Shown in pieces: positions 1 through 13,471 of a DNA stretch of 64,000 nucleotides. The DNA comes from Lama glama (lineage: Eukaryota). Every line of letters starts with the position of its first letter. Positions within the stretch are counted from its first letter, which is position 1. The DNA lies in assembly GCA_028534125.1 (NCBI GenBank), contig CM052816.1:34474001-34538000 (forward strand), given 5' to 3'. A model generated the notes under the pieces. That model searched no databases. It was not told the DNA's origin and worked only from the letters and a program-made list of their open reading frames with translations. A program made the translations under genes and the position numbers.

Positions 1-249
1 GCAGTCTAACTGAATTAAAATTCCATATCTAATAAAACCTTCCCTTGTTCTTCCTCTATCTTTACATTTCTCTGAAATAGTTGGTTTCTCACAGCAAAGG
101 TTTTTTTTTTGAAAGAATTTTTTGTACTTTTAAAAGAAAATATACAAATATACAAAGCCTCTGGTAGAGAAATAATTACACACTATGCTTTCTGTGTCTC
201 CAGCTCCTGAGAAACCCCAGCTAACAAGGAGAAACACATGGAAAGTGTC

Positions 250-410
250 AGGAGAGCTCAGCTTCAGGCCTGGTTCTCCCACACACTAATTACGTGAACT
301 CAGGCCAGCTTCAGCCCCCTTAGCCGTATAAAGATGCTGATATTCCCCGACCTGCTCACCACAGAGGACTTTTCCGAGAATAAATTAGTCTAAGGACGTG
401 CTCTAAACTA
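250..410 (+). mobile_element. MIR SINE (diverged)
   Basis: cctggttctcccacacactaattacgtgaactcaggccagc...cacagaggacttttccgagaataaattag. Confidence 0.55.
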
Positions 411-572
411 CAGAGCAACAGTAAAATGAGAGGTGTCACGATATTGCCTAAAGGCGAAGAACTCCTCATTTCTTGAAGTGGAGTAAAACTCACAGTATTT
501 TTCTTCTTCCCACCTCCTTATACCAAGTACATTACAAAAAGTAAATTTTTATTGATATATTTTGGGATATAC

Positions 573-767
573 CTTTGACTGTATTGTCCTCAGATTAACC
601 AGATGAATGTCACAAGGCAAAGATGACAATAGTGGAGAGAATTCACCCAGCAGCTGAAGAGTGGGCGTGGGGACCTTTTCTGTCATTGAAAAGACAGGAT
701 GGTTCAGGAAAAAAGAAGTTATGTGGCTAAGGAGAGAAGGGTAACTGACCGACTTCTTTTCTTCTTC
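573..767 (-). CDS. MAN2A1: Alpha-mannosidase II coding exon (~exon 20)
   Basis: ttcccgatag|GAA...TCA AAG|gtatat; 195 nt, phase 0/0; EEEKKSVSYPSLLSHITSFFLNHPVFSMTEKVPTPTLQLLGEFSPLLSSLPCDIHLVNLRTIQSK. The last exons lie beyond the left edge of the window. Confidence 0.98.
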
Positions 768-2494
768 CTATCGGGAAAAAACAGACATGCTTAAGAGTTA
801 TACACTTACAGTTCTCGTAATATTAACTGAATTACCAGCAGGGTTTAAAGAAGAAAAATAGATAAATATACAAATACTTTGATTTTATTATGTTTTATGA
901 ATAAGTCTTAGAAAATGCACAGCAGATACCAAATTTAGTTCTAAGCAATACAAGAAAACAGTGTCCACTTACCTCACATGTTTGGAAATTCCTTTTTTCC
1001 ATTGCTTTAATCCTAAAAATCCTGACAACATTTTCCACAAACATTTCAGGATAAGGTGCAACTTTTTGCAGAAACTCTTTCTCAACCACCCATAAGACTC
1101 TTAAAGTATGGGGTTGGGATGTTTATATATCTTGTACATCATCAAATGTTATCTCTTTTCCCTCAGGTTTTACTTATCATATTCTCATGGTTTCATTTAT
1201 ATACTTAACTAGTCCATAAAGTTATGAATTGATCCAAAGCTCTGTTCTAGCAAATGTTACCCAATGATAGGATTTAAAAAAAAAATCTCAAAATAAATAA
1301 GGTTTTAAAATAATACAGGTGGCTTATCTAGATCATCTGTTTTCTTTAAATTTGGTAAAAATCATTGTCAGTTGCTTCACTTTATTCCCCAAATGGGAAC
1401 TACTACATGCATTATAGAATAGTTATCACATATTTACATGGTACACAATTATCCAGTATAATTTTAAAATACTTTAGTCTTTTATGCTTATGGACAAATG
1501 TTTCAGCATGTTCAAACATTAGGTAAGTCTACCAGGACTGAGGACATACACAAGGTAGACGACATACACAATTAGTTACATTAATTAAATCAGTGACTAA
1601 GTAGAACCTTAACTGGTAATGTCTAAGGTGTAAAAGCAGACACAGAAAAGCACCATGAAGACAACATAATTTATATAGAGGTTTTCTGATCACCAGCAAC
1701 ATTTGGAGCAAATTTAGTTTTGTATCTTATTTTTTGAAATGACTATTTCACTGATACCTTCTGATACTGCATCCTTTTTTAAACCAGAGGGCTCAAAAAT
1801 AAAAGGCTTGGCTACTTATCTGTGTGAAAAGACAAGATTTATAGAAGATACAGAGCTTAAAATTCAGAATGTCAGATTAGCATTGAACAGAGGGTGTTAG
1901 CAAAGAGTGACGAGCATCTTGCCAGCAGCAGACTGTAGATATCATTCCAATTCAGACCAAGGAGAGAGGAAAAAAAAATTTTAAAGGCAACAGAGGCACA
2001 CTACAATATTCAAATACTGACAAAAAAATTAGGTATGAAAAAAGTTGTAAAAAAATGTATCCATTTCACATTCTTTTTTTAAGGAAAGCTAAAGTATACA
2101 AAATAATTCTCCAACAGTATTGAAATTTAATGCAGCTTGTAGAATAACATGAAAAAAGAGGGAACATTTTCAACAAGACCCTTTAAATATACTCAAAGAT
2201 CAAAGGACTTCATAATCTAGGTCAGGATTGCTGACAAAAATCACTTTTGAGTAATAAAAGATAAAAGATAAAAGATTCTTACAGAAAGGGAAACACCTGC
2301 CTTATCAGATTCGGGAGGCAGTAAACCCATTCTAGGTCAAGAAACATTCAGAAAAAGCTCTCTGGCTTTGCTACGCTCTTGGAGGAATCCCTGGACACCT
2401 CAGTGAGGGAAGGGATATTTCTTGACAGATTATACTTTAGAAGCAGTAACATGCATGTCTACCATTCCTCCAAACCCAAACCAGTTCTTCTGGC

Positions 2495-2692
2495 CTTCAG
2501 TGCTTCACCCAAACTGACCATCAGAATGGGTGGGGGAGCTTTTATAAAACATACATCCCTGGGTCCTAAGCCAAATCTACTGACGCAGGATCTCCAGGGG
2601 TGGGACCCTGGGAAGGTGAAGTTAAAAGCCCCCCAGTGACTGTCCCAGAGTCAGTCTCACCCTGCTCTGTTGACCTGTGCTAGGAACTGCCA
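2495..2692. mobile_element. MER5-like hAT element
   Basis: catcagaatg...gggagcttttataaaacatacatccctgggtcc...gatctccaggggtgggaccctgg...aaaagccccccagtgact. Confidence 0.55.
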
Positions 2693-5267
2693 CCCCAGAC
2701 ATCCTTCCAACCAACCTTCTAGAAGAAACAGAGCCCCCCTTGGAAACAGAAGTATAAGCCTCACCCTTTAACTATTTTTGGATTGAAAAACAAGATGCAG
2801 GCTCGAAACATGTTAATGAAGATTCTTGCCAAAGGAAACAATGTCATGAATGTAAGCACTCTGAGCACTCCAGAACTGTGCTATTTATTGTGCTGAGCAA
2901 GATAAGGAAGAGAAGTTTATAGAAGAGCTGTGGCTTGGAGCCAGAAGAGAACCATGAGCAGGTAACGCTGCTGCAAGCCGGCCAGGCAGGTGGGGAGAAG
3001 TCTCCAGGAAAGCACCGTCATTCACACTCTTCCTTATTTCTAGCAACAAGGGCTCAACAAGATACTTAACTGTGGAACTATCACTAATTCGATGAATCTC
3101 CTAAAAAGGTTATCTTTTAACTATAATCCTTCTGATATACCCAAAGTTTATAAAACATGTTTGCTATAGGAAATTTTACATGTTTGTTTAAGCTATAAAT
3201 GAATTCCCCAGCCTTATAGTAATTAATATACCACTATAAACATTATTTGGCTTCTTGTAGGTTGGAAGGTTTCAGACTGTACAAATCTGGCTTTCTTCCT
3301 GCAGCTTGCTTGAAATTAAAAAGAATTAGTGCATTCTGATCCAAACCACATCAAGTTGAGATCTTCTCCACTGGATTTCAGCCCTTAGTTCATATGTCAA
3401 AAGTTCCTGCCAGGTTCCCTGGTGCCCTTCATTAAGCCTGCCTGAGTTATCCGATCCCTCAACATCAAAGGTTTCCATTTCAGCTACATCAAAACTTGCT
3501 AAATTATGAAGATAATAAGAGATCATTTTTTTAGTCACCTTTGTTTATTCAGAATGACCTGACACATGGTGGGAACTTGATAAATGTTGATTATTAATTA
3601 ATGTATCATTAAATTAATAAGAAATTATTATAAATAAAAGAGAGAAAACTATTGCAGGGAGAAGGATGGGCTAAAAACACAAAGCAGGAGGAGGAGAGAC
3701 AATGAATGAAAATATATTGACTTGTAGGATGAAGAGATAAATATCATTCAGTGCAGAGCTGAAGTCTGGTAGTATGTGGGCCAAATCTGCCGATTAGACA
3801 TGTTTTGGTAGCTCTGCATGGTGTTAAAAAGTTGTTTTATTTTTCAGCTACTCTCAAAAAAAAAAAAATTCAAGAGTGTTCACATTAAAATCATCAAAAA
3901 CAACAATAATAACACAAACTCCCTCAAACTGATAACTGTTTTTTTATCCACAACACTGGAAATTGAAGTCACACTGGGCCCCCATGTTTCCGTGTGGAAA
4001 CAATCATCTGGTGCTGAGCTGTGGCTCCGAAGCGGGACATGCATCCGTCCTCATGTTCACCACAGACCCTCTGGGCACCTAACTTAAGCATTTGCCCTTA
4101 ATCCTGACCAACCTTCCTCATGCCATCACTTTCCTGAGTCCTGTCAGCATTTGAGTTTTTCACCTGATCTCTTCCAACTTCCTCTCTTTATATGTAGAGA
4201 ACTGGTATCCAGAGGTGAAAAGACGTAACTGTAACGCTCGAACACTTCCAGTGCTGTAAGTCCCCGTGCAATGCCCCCTTCACTATACTAGTCACCAGCA
4301 GGAAGCAGTAGGAAGAAAGGGTCAAAGAAACAAATCTTTAAGAGTCAATGCTGATGAGACAATTCCTATTTCCTGCTTCTGCTGACCCTGAAGCATCATT
4401 ACCATGGATGACAGTCAATCTCACGCAACCACAGTCCTCCCCTGGGCATCTGTACATCTCCCAGCTATTATTTAGCATTCCAGTCTTGTTCTCACTGCAT
4501 CTCTGCAGAACACGTGAGAACAGGACTCACTTCCATTTAATTATCCAGGATTATTCCCATAAGGCCTCAGCAGAATCAAGGCTTCCCACTAAAATGCCTT
4601 CCTGTCCAGGGAGTGTCTCCCCACCTCAATTTCTACCATTGACATTTTAGTCATTAGTCTGAGATGAATATAGAAACACTTTCTAGAAAACTTTAGGTAC
4701 ATGATATGTAACATTTCTTAATCAAAAGTCTTTTAAGTCAATTTCACTAGAAATTAAAACCTATTTTCTCTAGCCTTGTTCATTTTTTATTTAAAAGAAA
4801 CTATTGATTGAAGCCCAAGAATCTATAGTTGAGCAAAAGAAAAATTTAACCAACACAGGATTATAAAAACTGTGGATCAAATTTAAATCAATCACTATCC
4901 AAAGAATTTTGAGTGAGAATAAACAAATTATTTAACTTCTAAGTGAAAGCTTTATAGATCTGACATGAAAATTCTTATTATCATAGTTAACAGAAGTTTT
5001 GTAAATTAGTGTCTATATAGAGAGAAAAATCATAAAAGCCAGAAACATTTCAGGAGGAGCAGAAGATAGTAGCTGCCAGAACTCAGACAATGATTTTCCT
5101 ATGCAGTTTTAGTCTTAAAACCAAGCTATCTTGTCAGTAATTGATTTAAACCACGAGTCCCAAGAACTGCTGTAAATCTTGACATCTAAAATGCATATTA
5201 AAATCCTTTTTCCTAAAAGATTTTAAATACTGGAAGAATTCTTCGCTTTAATTAGCTGTTGCCATTT

Positions 5268-6740
5268 CATTCAATCAACTGGTATTTTATTTATAGAATG
5301 CCTGCCTACCACAGGCAAGGAGGCCCTGTGGGGGTACATGAAAATAGACAAGCCCCTAGAATCTAGCAGGGGGAACAGAACACACACACAGTGACAAGGA
5401 AGTAAGCAGTAATTGCGATAAATACAGCGGCGCAACGTGCTATCACAGCTCATGTACGCCTTTGTGTATTCACTCATAAAATGTATGCCTTCGTGTATTC
5501 ACTCATAAAACATAACACTGGGTGCTTCCTCTGCTAGGAACAACCTTAGAAACAGAAAGAGCTACAGCCCTATTCACAGGGAGTTAATGGTCCAAACGAG
5601 GAGAAAGACAGTGATCACACAATCTCACACACACGAAGGAGAGACGCACTGTTCTAAGGGGGTGTAGAAGGGGATTTGACTTGGTCACTCCAGCTTCATA
5701 AAGTGGGCTCCGGTCTGAGCTATTACTAAGAATCCCTGGGCAGAGAGGATGAAAAGACTCGGGTAAAGGTGCTGTAGGGGCGGGGGTGAGGCGTGTGGGG
5801 CATGTGGGAAGTACTTACGACCAAAAGAAAACCACCTGGCTCGGAGCAGAAACCAGGAGAGCTGTGCTAGGTGAGGATGGGGGACAGGCAGGGCCCTGTA
5901 CCACGAGGGCCATGGTAAGGAGGTGGCTTTTACACCGAGAGAAATGAGACAACATAGAGGGGTGAAGCAGGGAGTGGTAAGGTCAGACTTGGTTTTGAAA
6001 AAACAAAACCCATGCTGCTTCCTGCGTTAAGCACAGCTATGGCAGAAGAAGACAGCAGAGTGGGTGTGTCTGGGAAACACTTGATGCTAGTTCAGATTAG
6101 GGTGCTGAAGTAATCAAGTTTACAGGTTTGACACGTTCAGGCAATGAGATAACCAAGCATTGGTGATGACTCTGTTGTGAGAAGAAAGTGAGTGAGGGAG
6201 ACGTGTCCACCAGAGACAGCCCCTAGGTGTCTGGCGCTGGATGGAAGGCGGGGCTCGTTATCAGAAGGGGAACACTGGAAAAGGGCCAGGTTGGGAGGAA
6301 GGGAGATTATGGGAGTGATTTTTGGATACGTCAAGCCTGAGATGCTTTTAGAAATGTAGAAAAGAAATGCCAGGAAGCAGCTAGATAGATGGGTCTGGAG
6401 GTCAGAGGAGAAACCTAAGCCAGTGATTTACATCTGTGGGTTTCAACTCGTCTAATGCAGAGGAAGAACATACAAACTGAGAAAAGGAAGAGGCCTGGGG
6501 CTGGGCCTCGAGAGCTCTAATATTCAATGGCTGAATAAAGAGCCATCAGGGAGAGAGAGAAAGTATGGCCTAATGGAAGCCCTGGCTAGGCAGTGTTTCA
6601 AGAAATGACAATGGTCACTGTCCAACGCTGCTGAAATGTGAAGTAAGATGATGACTGAAAACATCCACTGAATCTACTGACTTAGGCAAGAGCCCACAGA
6701 GGCTAAAGCCAGACTGAAAGGAACTGAATGTGGAGGGAAG
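5268..6740 (-). mobile_element. L2 LINE fragments
   Basis: Begins cattcaatcaac...tatttatagaatgcc (reverse complement of the L2 3' end). Purine-rich body with ggtgaagcagggagtggtaaggtcagactt and tgtccaacgctgctgaaatgtgaagtaagatgatgactgaaaa. Confidence 0.75.
5452..5509. repeat. 29-bp tandem duplication
   Basis: atgtacgcctttgtgtattcactcataaa / atgtatgccttcgtgtattcactcataaa, 2 mismatches. Confidence 0.9.
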
Positions 6741-7809
6741 CAAAGATACGAACTCGCCTCCTGAAGTCCGCTCAGGAGGGCAGAGGAGATGGGGCGGCGG
6801 TGCGGGGCAACGGAAATGAGAGTCTGGGTGAGGGCTGCTTTTTGTTTTTATTTTTAATGCGAGAAAATGAACAGCATTTAAAAACCAACAGAAAGGATTT
6901 CTGAAGGAAATGTTGGCTACAAGGGGCAGGGAGAGGGAAAGAGGAGCACAACTAACAGAAGGGTCCTCAGGAGGGTGACTGGGATGGGGTCAGTTCCAAG
7001 GACAAGCGAAAGGACTGGCCTATGATGAAAGGAAGGTAAACGTCCCCGGAGTTTAACACGTGGGAAGAAAACGGAGGGAGCAGATGCTTGGCGTCTAGAA
7101 CAGAGCTCTACTGAACGGGCCTTCTCTCTACCAAGTGGACAGTGAGGTCCCTGGCTGAAAAGAGTAGGAAAGAGTGGAAATGGTCAGCACAGAAAGAGGG
7201 AGAGCAGAGTAAGAGGAAAAGGGCCACGTCAGGGGCCGTCTGAGGGGAATCGGCAGGCTACGGAGCACTCTGAGGACAACTTTTTGGCCTCCTGATGAAG
7301 TATACTGTCAGGCTGAGTCACGTCCAACCAAGCTTTTGCCAGACTGTTTAGCACAGAATGCTGCATTTTTGCTTTGAGGAATGAAAACCGAACAAGAAGA
7401 CAGACAAGCAAATCCACTTCTAATTGATGAGTCTAAGACTAGAATAAATATACTAATGTTTCAAATAAATTTTACTAATCAAACTTAATTTCCGAAGTGG
7501 GTGACTAAACTCTATTCTTCAAGCTCAATTCTTATTTCTTTCAAAATAATTTCAAGAAATTTCACCCAAATTGATTCCTTAACATTATTTTATACTTACA
7601 TGCTAAGCAAAAATAAAAAATAAAATGGCCTAAATGCAAATCTCACACAATATATGTAACTGAAGTCCTCTTTCTTATGAATACAGGCTAAGTCTTTATT
7701 ACTATAAAGTCTTTATTATCTCAATATTGGAAACTAAAAAAGTATAAAGTCATAATTTTGGATGGCAAAGAACAATCAACATCAGAACATGTGAGTTTTT
7801 TTTCCCTAC

Positions 7810-7943
7810 CATATTCACGACACTTCTTTTTTCCAGTAGTATTCGAAATAAATTAGCTGTAATCTTATTATCATGGACACCTTGCTCAAGGCCACGATTA
7901 TCATCTTGCATGAGTCTTCGATCCATGATAACTTCAATCTGAC
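7810..7943 (-). CDS. MAN2A1: Alpha-mannosidase II coding exon (~exon 19)
   Basis: cttggtag|GT CAG...AAT ATG|gtaggg; 134 nt, phase 1/0; [44 protein letters not shown], with the GH38 DRRL..DD.RGL motif. Confidence 0.98.
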
Positions 7944-10384
7944 CTACCAAGCAAAGAGGCCAGGGTTATTTTATACAAATATTCATTGAGAATCTCACAA
8001 ACACAAGGCAGGGTCTCTATTTAAGCTTCTCCTCCAGTCAGGGAGACAGATCTGTACAGCCCACAGAACCATGGGCTTCCTCCTGATAAAGCTCAAAGCA
8101 GCTAGCATAAATTCACAAAACAGGACTGTTTTTCTTTTCTTCATCAGAGTCCAGTAAAATCTAATAAGAAATTTAACAATGGAACAGAAGAGATCAAAAT
8201 TAAATTGAAACTTAAAAAAATATAATAAAATAGAAGAGTAAATTAAGCCCTCCAAAATTTTTAGTGGTAGCATTTGGAATTTAAGAATATTTATGAGGTT
8301 CATTAAAGAACGCATATCACACATGGAGTAATAAGACAGGATTTGAAATAAAATTTAGGTTACTAGATGTGTGGTGATTCCCTAAAGCCCTAGGATCTGG
8401 AGATGCCCACCATGCACCCCCTTCCCTCCCTGATACTGTGTTACAGACGTCCCCACTGTCCTTTCTCCTCTCGCTCAAAAAGTTGTCACATATGGTTCCT
8501 TTATTTGCTGTGCAGTAATTCTACAACTCTTCTAGTTTAATTTGTAAGCTAATGGCTAGGTCATGAAATTACAAACTAAAAAAATACCAAAAACCAAAAT
8601 ACAAAACAAAAAAAACTAACTGAAAAAAAATTTCCCTGAGACACATTTACATGTTTAAGAGTATACAACCCCGCCTCCAACAAACCCCACCAAATTTATA
8701 TGTCCTTAGGTTTATAGATTTATCCATCCATTCATTCATGTTTGCTGCTGTACTGAGCAATCATTTGGCATAAAAGGATAATATATAAAATATTTTAATA
8801 ATTATTATGCTTACAGTCAAACCAACTCTGTTGAATTTCTTTCTCCTCAGTTTAGATACCCAGTAGATAAAATTACCAGTGATGGTTAGGATTTTCTTTG
8901 TTATTCTCTCCATATTTTACAGGACAACTGTCTAGAACGTGCTTCTCAGGGGCTAACTGTCCACATGCCTATATAGAGTTTGATCATTTCATACCCAAAT
9001 TAATATATCAGTCTCTTGGCCATTTCTAACTCTTCTCTCTGCCTCCAAATGTCAGTCCATATACTATGTGGCCCTGAGTAATTTGTTGGTCTGTACGTAA
9101 ATTGTGTTTATGTTGACAGCTAAGCAAACACTAGGGTCTTTATCAGGGAAATGAGATTATACTGTTTGGTTCGTGACGACTTCAGTCCTAAGGTCTAGTC
9201 TCCTATTTAGAGTCCCATTTTGAGAATTTAAGGCAGGGTTTAAAAATGGATAGCTCACAAGTCACATCTGACACAGAGGTTTTATCTTCTGATTTTTTTT
9301 AAAAAAGTCACATTTATAGAATGGGCAACTTCACATAAAATTTCAGATTTCTGGGATTTTCTTCAAAAAGTGAAAAAAATTTGGCAACACTGGGCCCCAA
9401 CAAAGACCTGGCACTAAACAGTGCCCCCCACCTCCACTGCTCTTCAATTTGCTCAAATCCCAGGACTCCCTACTGGATCCCCAATGTGAGGTCATTATTA
9501 CTTTTATAACTGCATTCATGTCTTTATGGTGTGATCTCATGATTTTGTTTAATGAAGGCCACCAAGAAAAATGAGAAGTACTAAGGCTTCCTGTGTGTGG
9601 CAGTACAGAATATAAGCATATGTCCAATATAAAAAGTGGGTTTGTCTGCCTGTGCCTAATATAAAAAGAATATGCCAGGCATCTGCTCTTTTATTAACTG
9701 CCTGACTCCTTAACACATGCATCCCAGCAACTCTAAGTATGTAAGGAGAGAGAGCAATTGACATGTAAATGATAATTAAAAATATGTATCATAAAGGACA
9801 AAAGTCTCCCAATAGAAAGTTTTACAGAAATTATTCAGTGTCTACTATCTACTTTTTCTTTCTCTCCATTTCACTCTCTCTTTTGGAATCCTTGACCTGT
9901 CACCTCTTTACCCTGAATTTGTTTCATCGCTACTCCCTTTCTTCTTCCAGGTGGTTGTGTCCTTGAAAGACATGATGCAGAAAAGGACCTAAATTTGACC
10001 TGTAACTTTCCCCTTTTGCAAACTTGGGTGAGTTATCTAAACTATAAATTATCTAATATGTGAATATTCATATCCATTCAATCACAACAATGATAGAGAC
10101 TTCCGAGGACAATGGCCTATCAGGAGAAGTAAATTATCCTTAAATATAAACCTTAAAAATAATCAGTTTCATTTTAGGAGTTTTAGGTCTCCTTTTTTTC
10201 ATCTGAAGATTGAAGAAATTTATTATTTTGTGTTCGTCTCACAAAGCTGAAAATTAACTAATAGTCTGGTTCTCAAAAGAAGAAAGCTCGTGATTGGAGA
10301 TGATAATACATATGAGCAAATAGAGAGACTATACACTTGGGACTGACATTTAAAAGAGCAAAAAAGAACTGAAACCATACACAC

Positions 10385-10526
10385 CACTTTTCAAACTTGA
10401 AACACCTAAAGACTGAGCAGAGAGCAGGGTCAAGCGATGCTTGGCATCCTGGATATACGCCATTGTAGCCATGGGATAGACGTTGGCTTGAAGAGGCAAT
10501 TTGCTCATTGTCATTCTAGGTTGAAT
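10385..10526 (-). CDS. MAN2A1: Alpha-mannosidase II coding exon (~exon 18)
   Basis: tcttacag|ATT...AGT G|gtgtgt; 142 nt, phase 0/1; [47 protein letters not shown](G). Confidence 0.97.
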
Positions 10527-11460
10527 CTGTAAGACAAAATGATTCTCCTTAAGAAAAAAAATCGAGTGACAGTTACATATGTACCTTAAAAGATTAGTAT
10601 TGACTAAAGATGGTTTTTCTTCCAGAGGAAAGGAGGTACAGCACTTTTCTTGTTCAATGGAATAGCTAACTTAAAAATTAAGTCTTCAAAACAATATGAA
10701 GAAAAATCATGAGCATCTTAGAAAACAATGTTTAAGTGAGAAAGGTAGAACTTGTCCAGATTTTTGAAATAGGCATTCCCATTTAAATTCAGAATAAAAA
10801 TGCTTAACAGAAGTCTTTTAGCCCTCCAATATTTGCATAAAACAAATTATAAAGGTATTAAGTATTCATTTCTCATCTAAACCTAACATACTGCTTTTGT
10901 AATGAATGCTGAGAATAATAGCTCTCTATCCCCTTTCAAGAAATATCTCTTATAATTCTTGAATCAGTTTTAATAAATACCACAGGTCTCCTCGTTAAAT
11001 CCTCTAACATATTACATTATAATAACCGAATGCATATTTATATTTTAAAAACTATTCAGTGCTTAGTCTTGCTTAGTTTTGGTGCAGGTAGTTCCAAATT
11101 CCAATTTTTCTTGGACTAGTATCTGAGTGTATGAGACACAACTCTAACTTTATTTTTTGAGAGACTGCACTAGGCTAGTCTGGGTCAAGGAGACTCACTC
11201 AAACCTCAGGAGGAGACAACAAACAGAGACTCAGTTATCAGAAATCTTACTCACATCACATAAAAATGCCATCTCTTCTTTTAAAACTCAATGAGTTTTT
11301 AAACTCATGGAAGTTTGACATGAAACTCGGAAAAGGAGGAGTGCAAACTAAACATAATAGTTAACTTGTACTGAGCTCCCATTAAAGCCAGGCACAGTGT
11401 TGGGTATTTCACAAATAAGATCTTTAATCTTCACAACAACTCTGCATGATGTCCTTCAAC

Positions 11461-11897
11461 TTACTGGTTCTGAATAGCGTACCCCTCCGAATTCATGTTC
11501 ATCCAGAACCTGTGAACGTGATTTTATTTTGAACCATGGTCTCTGCAGATATCAAGTTATGCTGGATTAGGTAGGCTCTAAACTAACGACTGGTGTCCTT
11601 ATAAGAAATGGGAAATTTGGACACAGAGAGAGACACATTCAGAGGCACAAGGAGAGGACCATGTGACAGCAGAGGCAGAGACTGGAGTGATGTGTCTCCA
11701 AGGCAAGGAGCACCGAGGATTCCTGCAAACTCAGAAGCTAGAAGAAAGACAAGGTTACACTTCCCTGGAGCCAGTGGAGGAAGGGGGGCCCTGCCCACAG
11801 CTCGATTTTGGACTCCTAGTGTGAGAGGATATATTTCTGTTGTTTTAAGCCACCTGGATTGTGGTAATTTTTATCACAGCCTTAGGAAATTAATAAA
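11461..11897 (+). mobile_element. MaLR solo LTR (MLT1B/C-like)
   Basis: Typical MLT1 blocks: gactggtgtccttataagaa, catgtgacagcagaggcagagactggagtgatg, tttctgttgttttaagccacc...ttaggaaattaata. Confidence 0.85.
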
Positions 11898-13337
11898 ACT
11901 GATGGGGGGGAAAAAAACCCTGTAAAATGTTAAAAAAAAAAATAGAAGCAGCAGGAGAATTAAGAAGGAAAAGCTGGCCTTAAAGAAAGAAATTTCCATT
12001 TCTCCTTTCCAGTCCTGATCTTCCTACTCCACCTAAGTCATATACTTTAAAAAAGGACATTTAAAACCGTCACAACTGTGCGGCTGTTACCCTTACTCCC
12101 CACCTGTGAGTCTAGATTTCTATTTTGGCCCAAGTAACTAAATTCTTGCCAAAGCTTAAAAAATGGCCTATTTTTAAAAAGAAGAAATATTTAGGTTATA
12201 GACTTATAAATAATACTTTCCTATTTATTCAAATGCTCGATCCTTGAAAAGACAATTTACATTTTTATTCATTTTTACTAAGTTTTTTTTTTCATTCATG
12301 TATACACCCACACATACAAATAATCGCTTCTGTAAGATTTTAAGAAAAGCCTTTCTTTGGTACACAAGGAAAATGAATCACCATAAAGCCAGGGCTTCAT
12401 TTGAAAACCAAACAGCTGTAGTAGAATTAACATGTTAATTCAAAATGTATGCTGCAATTTTTATGCTTTGGAAAGATATAAATTTAACTTTTGCAGGAAA
12501 TTGTAGAGGAGAAAATTATCACAATCCCTTCCACTCATCCCAGTTGAAAATCAAAGTAACAGCATTTGTGAAGTTATTTCTATTCATAGCCAGAAATTTC
12601 TAAAATGCTAGTGTCTCAAAAACATGCTCATGTTTTTAATAGTATTATTTCAAAGACATGTTGTTATATACATACACTCTGAATACAGAGGTTTAGGTAA
12701 CAATCAAAAGAGCTCCAGTAAACTAAAGAAATAACAATCTGAAAAATTTTTATGAATCAATTTTCTCACTACTATTTCATGAAAATTTTGATTAAATACA
12801 TATCTCCTCACATTTCTAAACAGATAAATGTTTTCATTTGTATATCTATGTATTCATATGTATATCTATTTGTACACATATGTGTGTGTTTATAAACATA
12901 CACACATACATCAGGACAGGGAAGTTTTCCTGAAATTTAAAAGACCCCATTATTAGATCATACATTTAAATACATATATGGAATAAACTAAATATGCAAA
13001 GACTAATTCCTTGGGAAGAAAGATATATTCCATCAATCCCTAATTAATCATTCCTTTTTACTAGATAAACTCATATACATTTTGGCATCAAGATATTTAA
13101 CATGCATAATTCATCACCAAATCCGCCTTTGAAAAAAATAAATCCTTACAAATAGATGTTCTACAAAATACTGTATCTCAAATATTTGTTCGAACTTTGG
13201 AAATCTGGTTGAACACAGAATCTAAAAGTGTCTGTTAAAATTCAATTTTAGAAATAATTTGCATATTTTTTTCAAAGGATCCATAAAGAAAAATTACATA
13301 CTGTAACTATTACTCAAACATCTTAAAAGAAAATTAC

Positions 13338-13471
13338 CTGATATCCATTTAGGTCAGTATAAAATCTATTTTGGCTGTTTATGCTAGAAAAAAGTCTCAT
13401 TGCAATTTCACGGTTATGTTCTTTTCGGATGTCCACGATATTGGAAACTTCCACAGACTGTCCTTCTATTC
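13338..13471 (-). CDS. MAN2A1: Alpha-mannosidase II coding exon (~exon 17)
   Basis: aatttag|GA ATA...TAT CAG|gtaatt; 134 nt, phase 1/0; IEGQSVEVSNIVDIRKEHNREIAMRLFSSINSQNRFYTDLNGYQ, with the FYTDLNG motif. Confidence 0.98.

Noticed and set aside
3326..3538. 70-aa minus-strand ORF
   Set aside because: It lies in sequence that looks like an old LINE fragment, with no supporting splice structure or recognisable protein.
11583..11925. ORFs of 105 and 71 aa
   Set aside because: They lie almost entirely within the MLT1 LTR.
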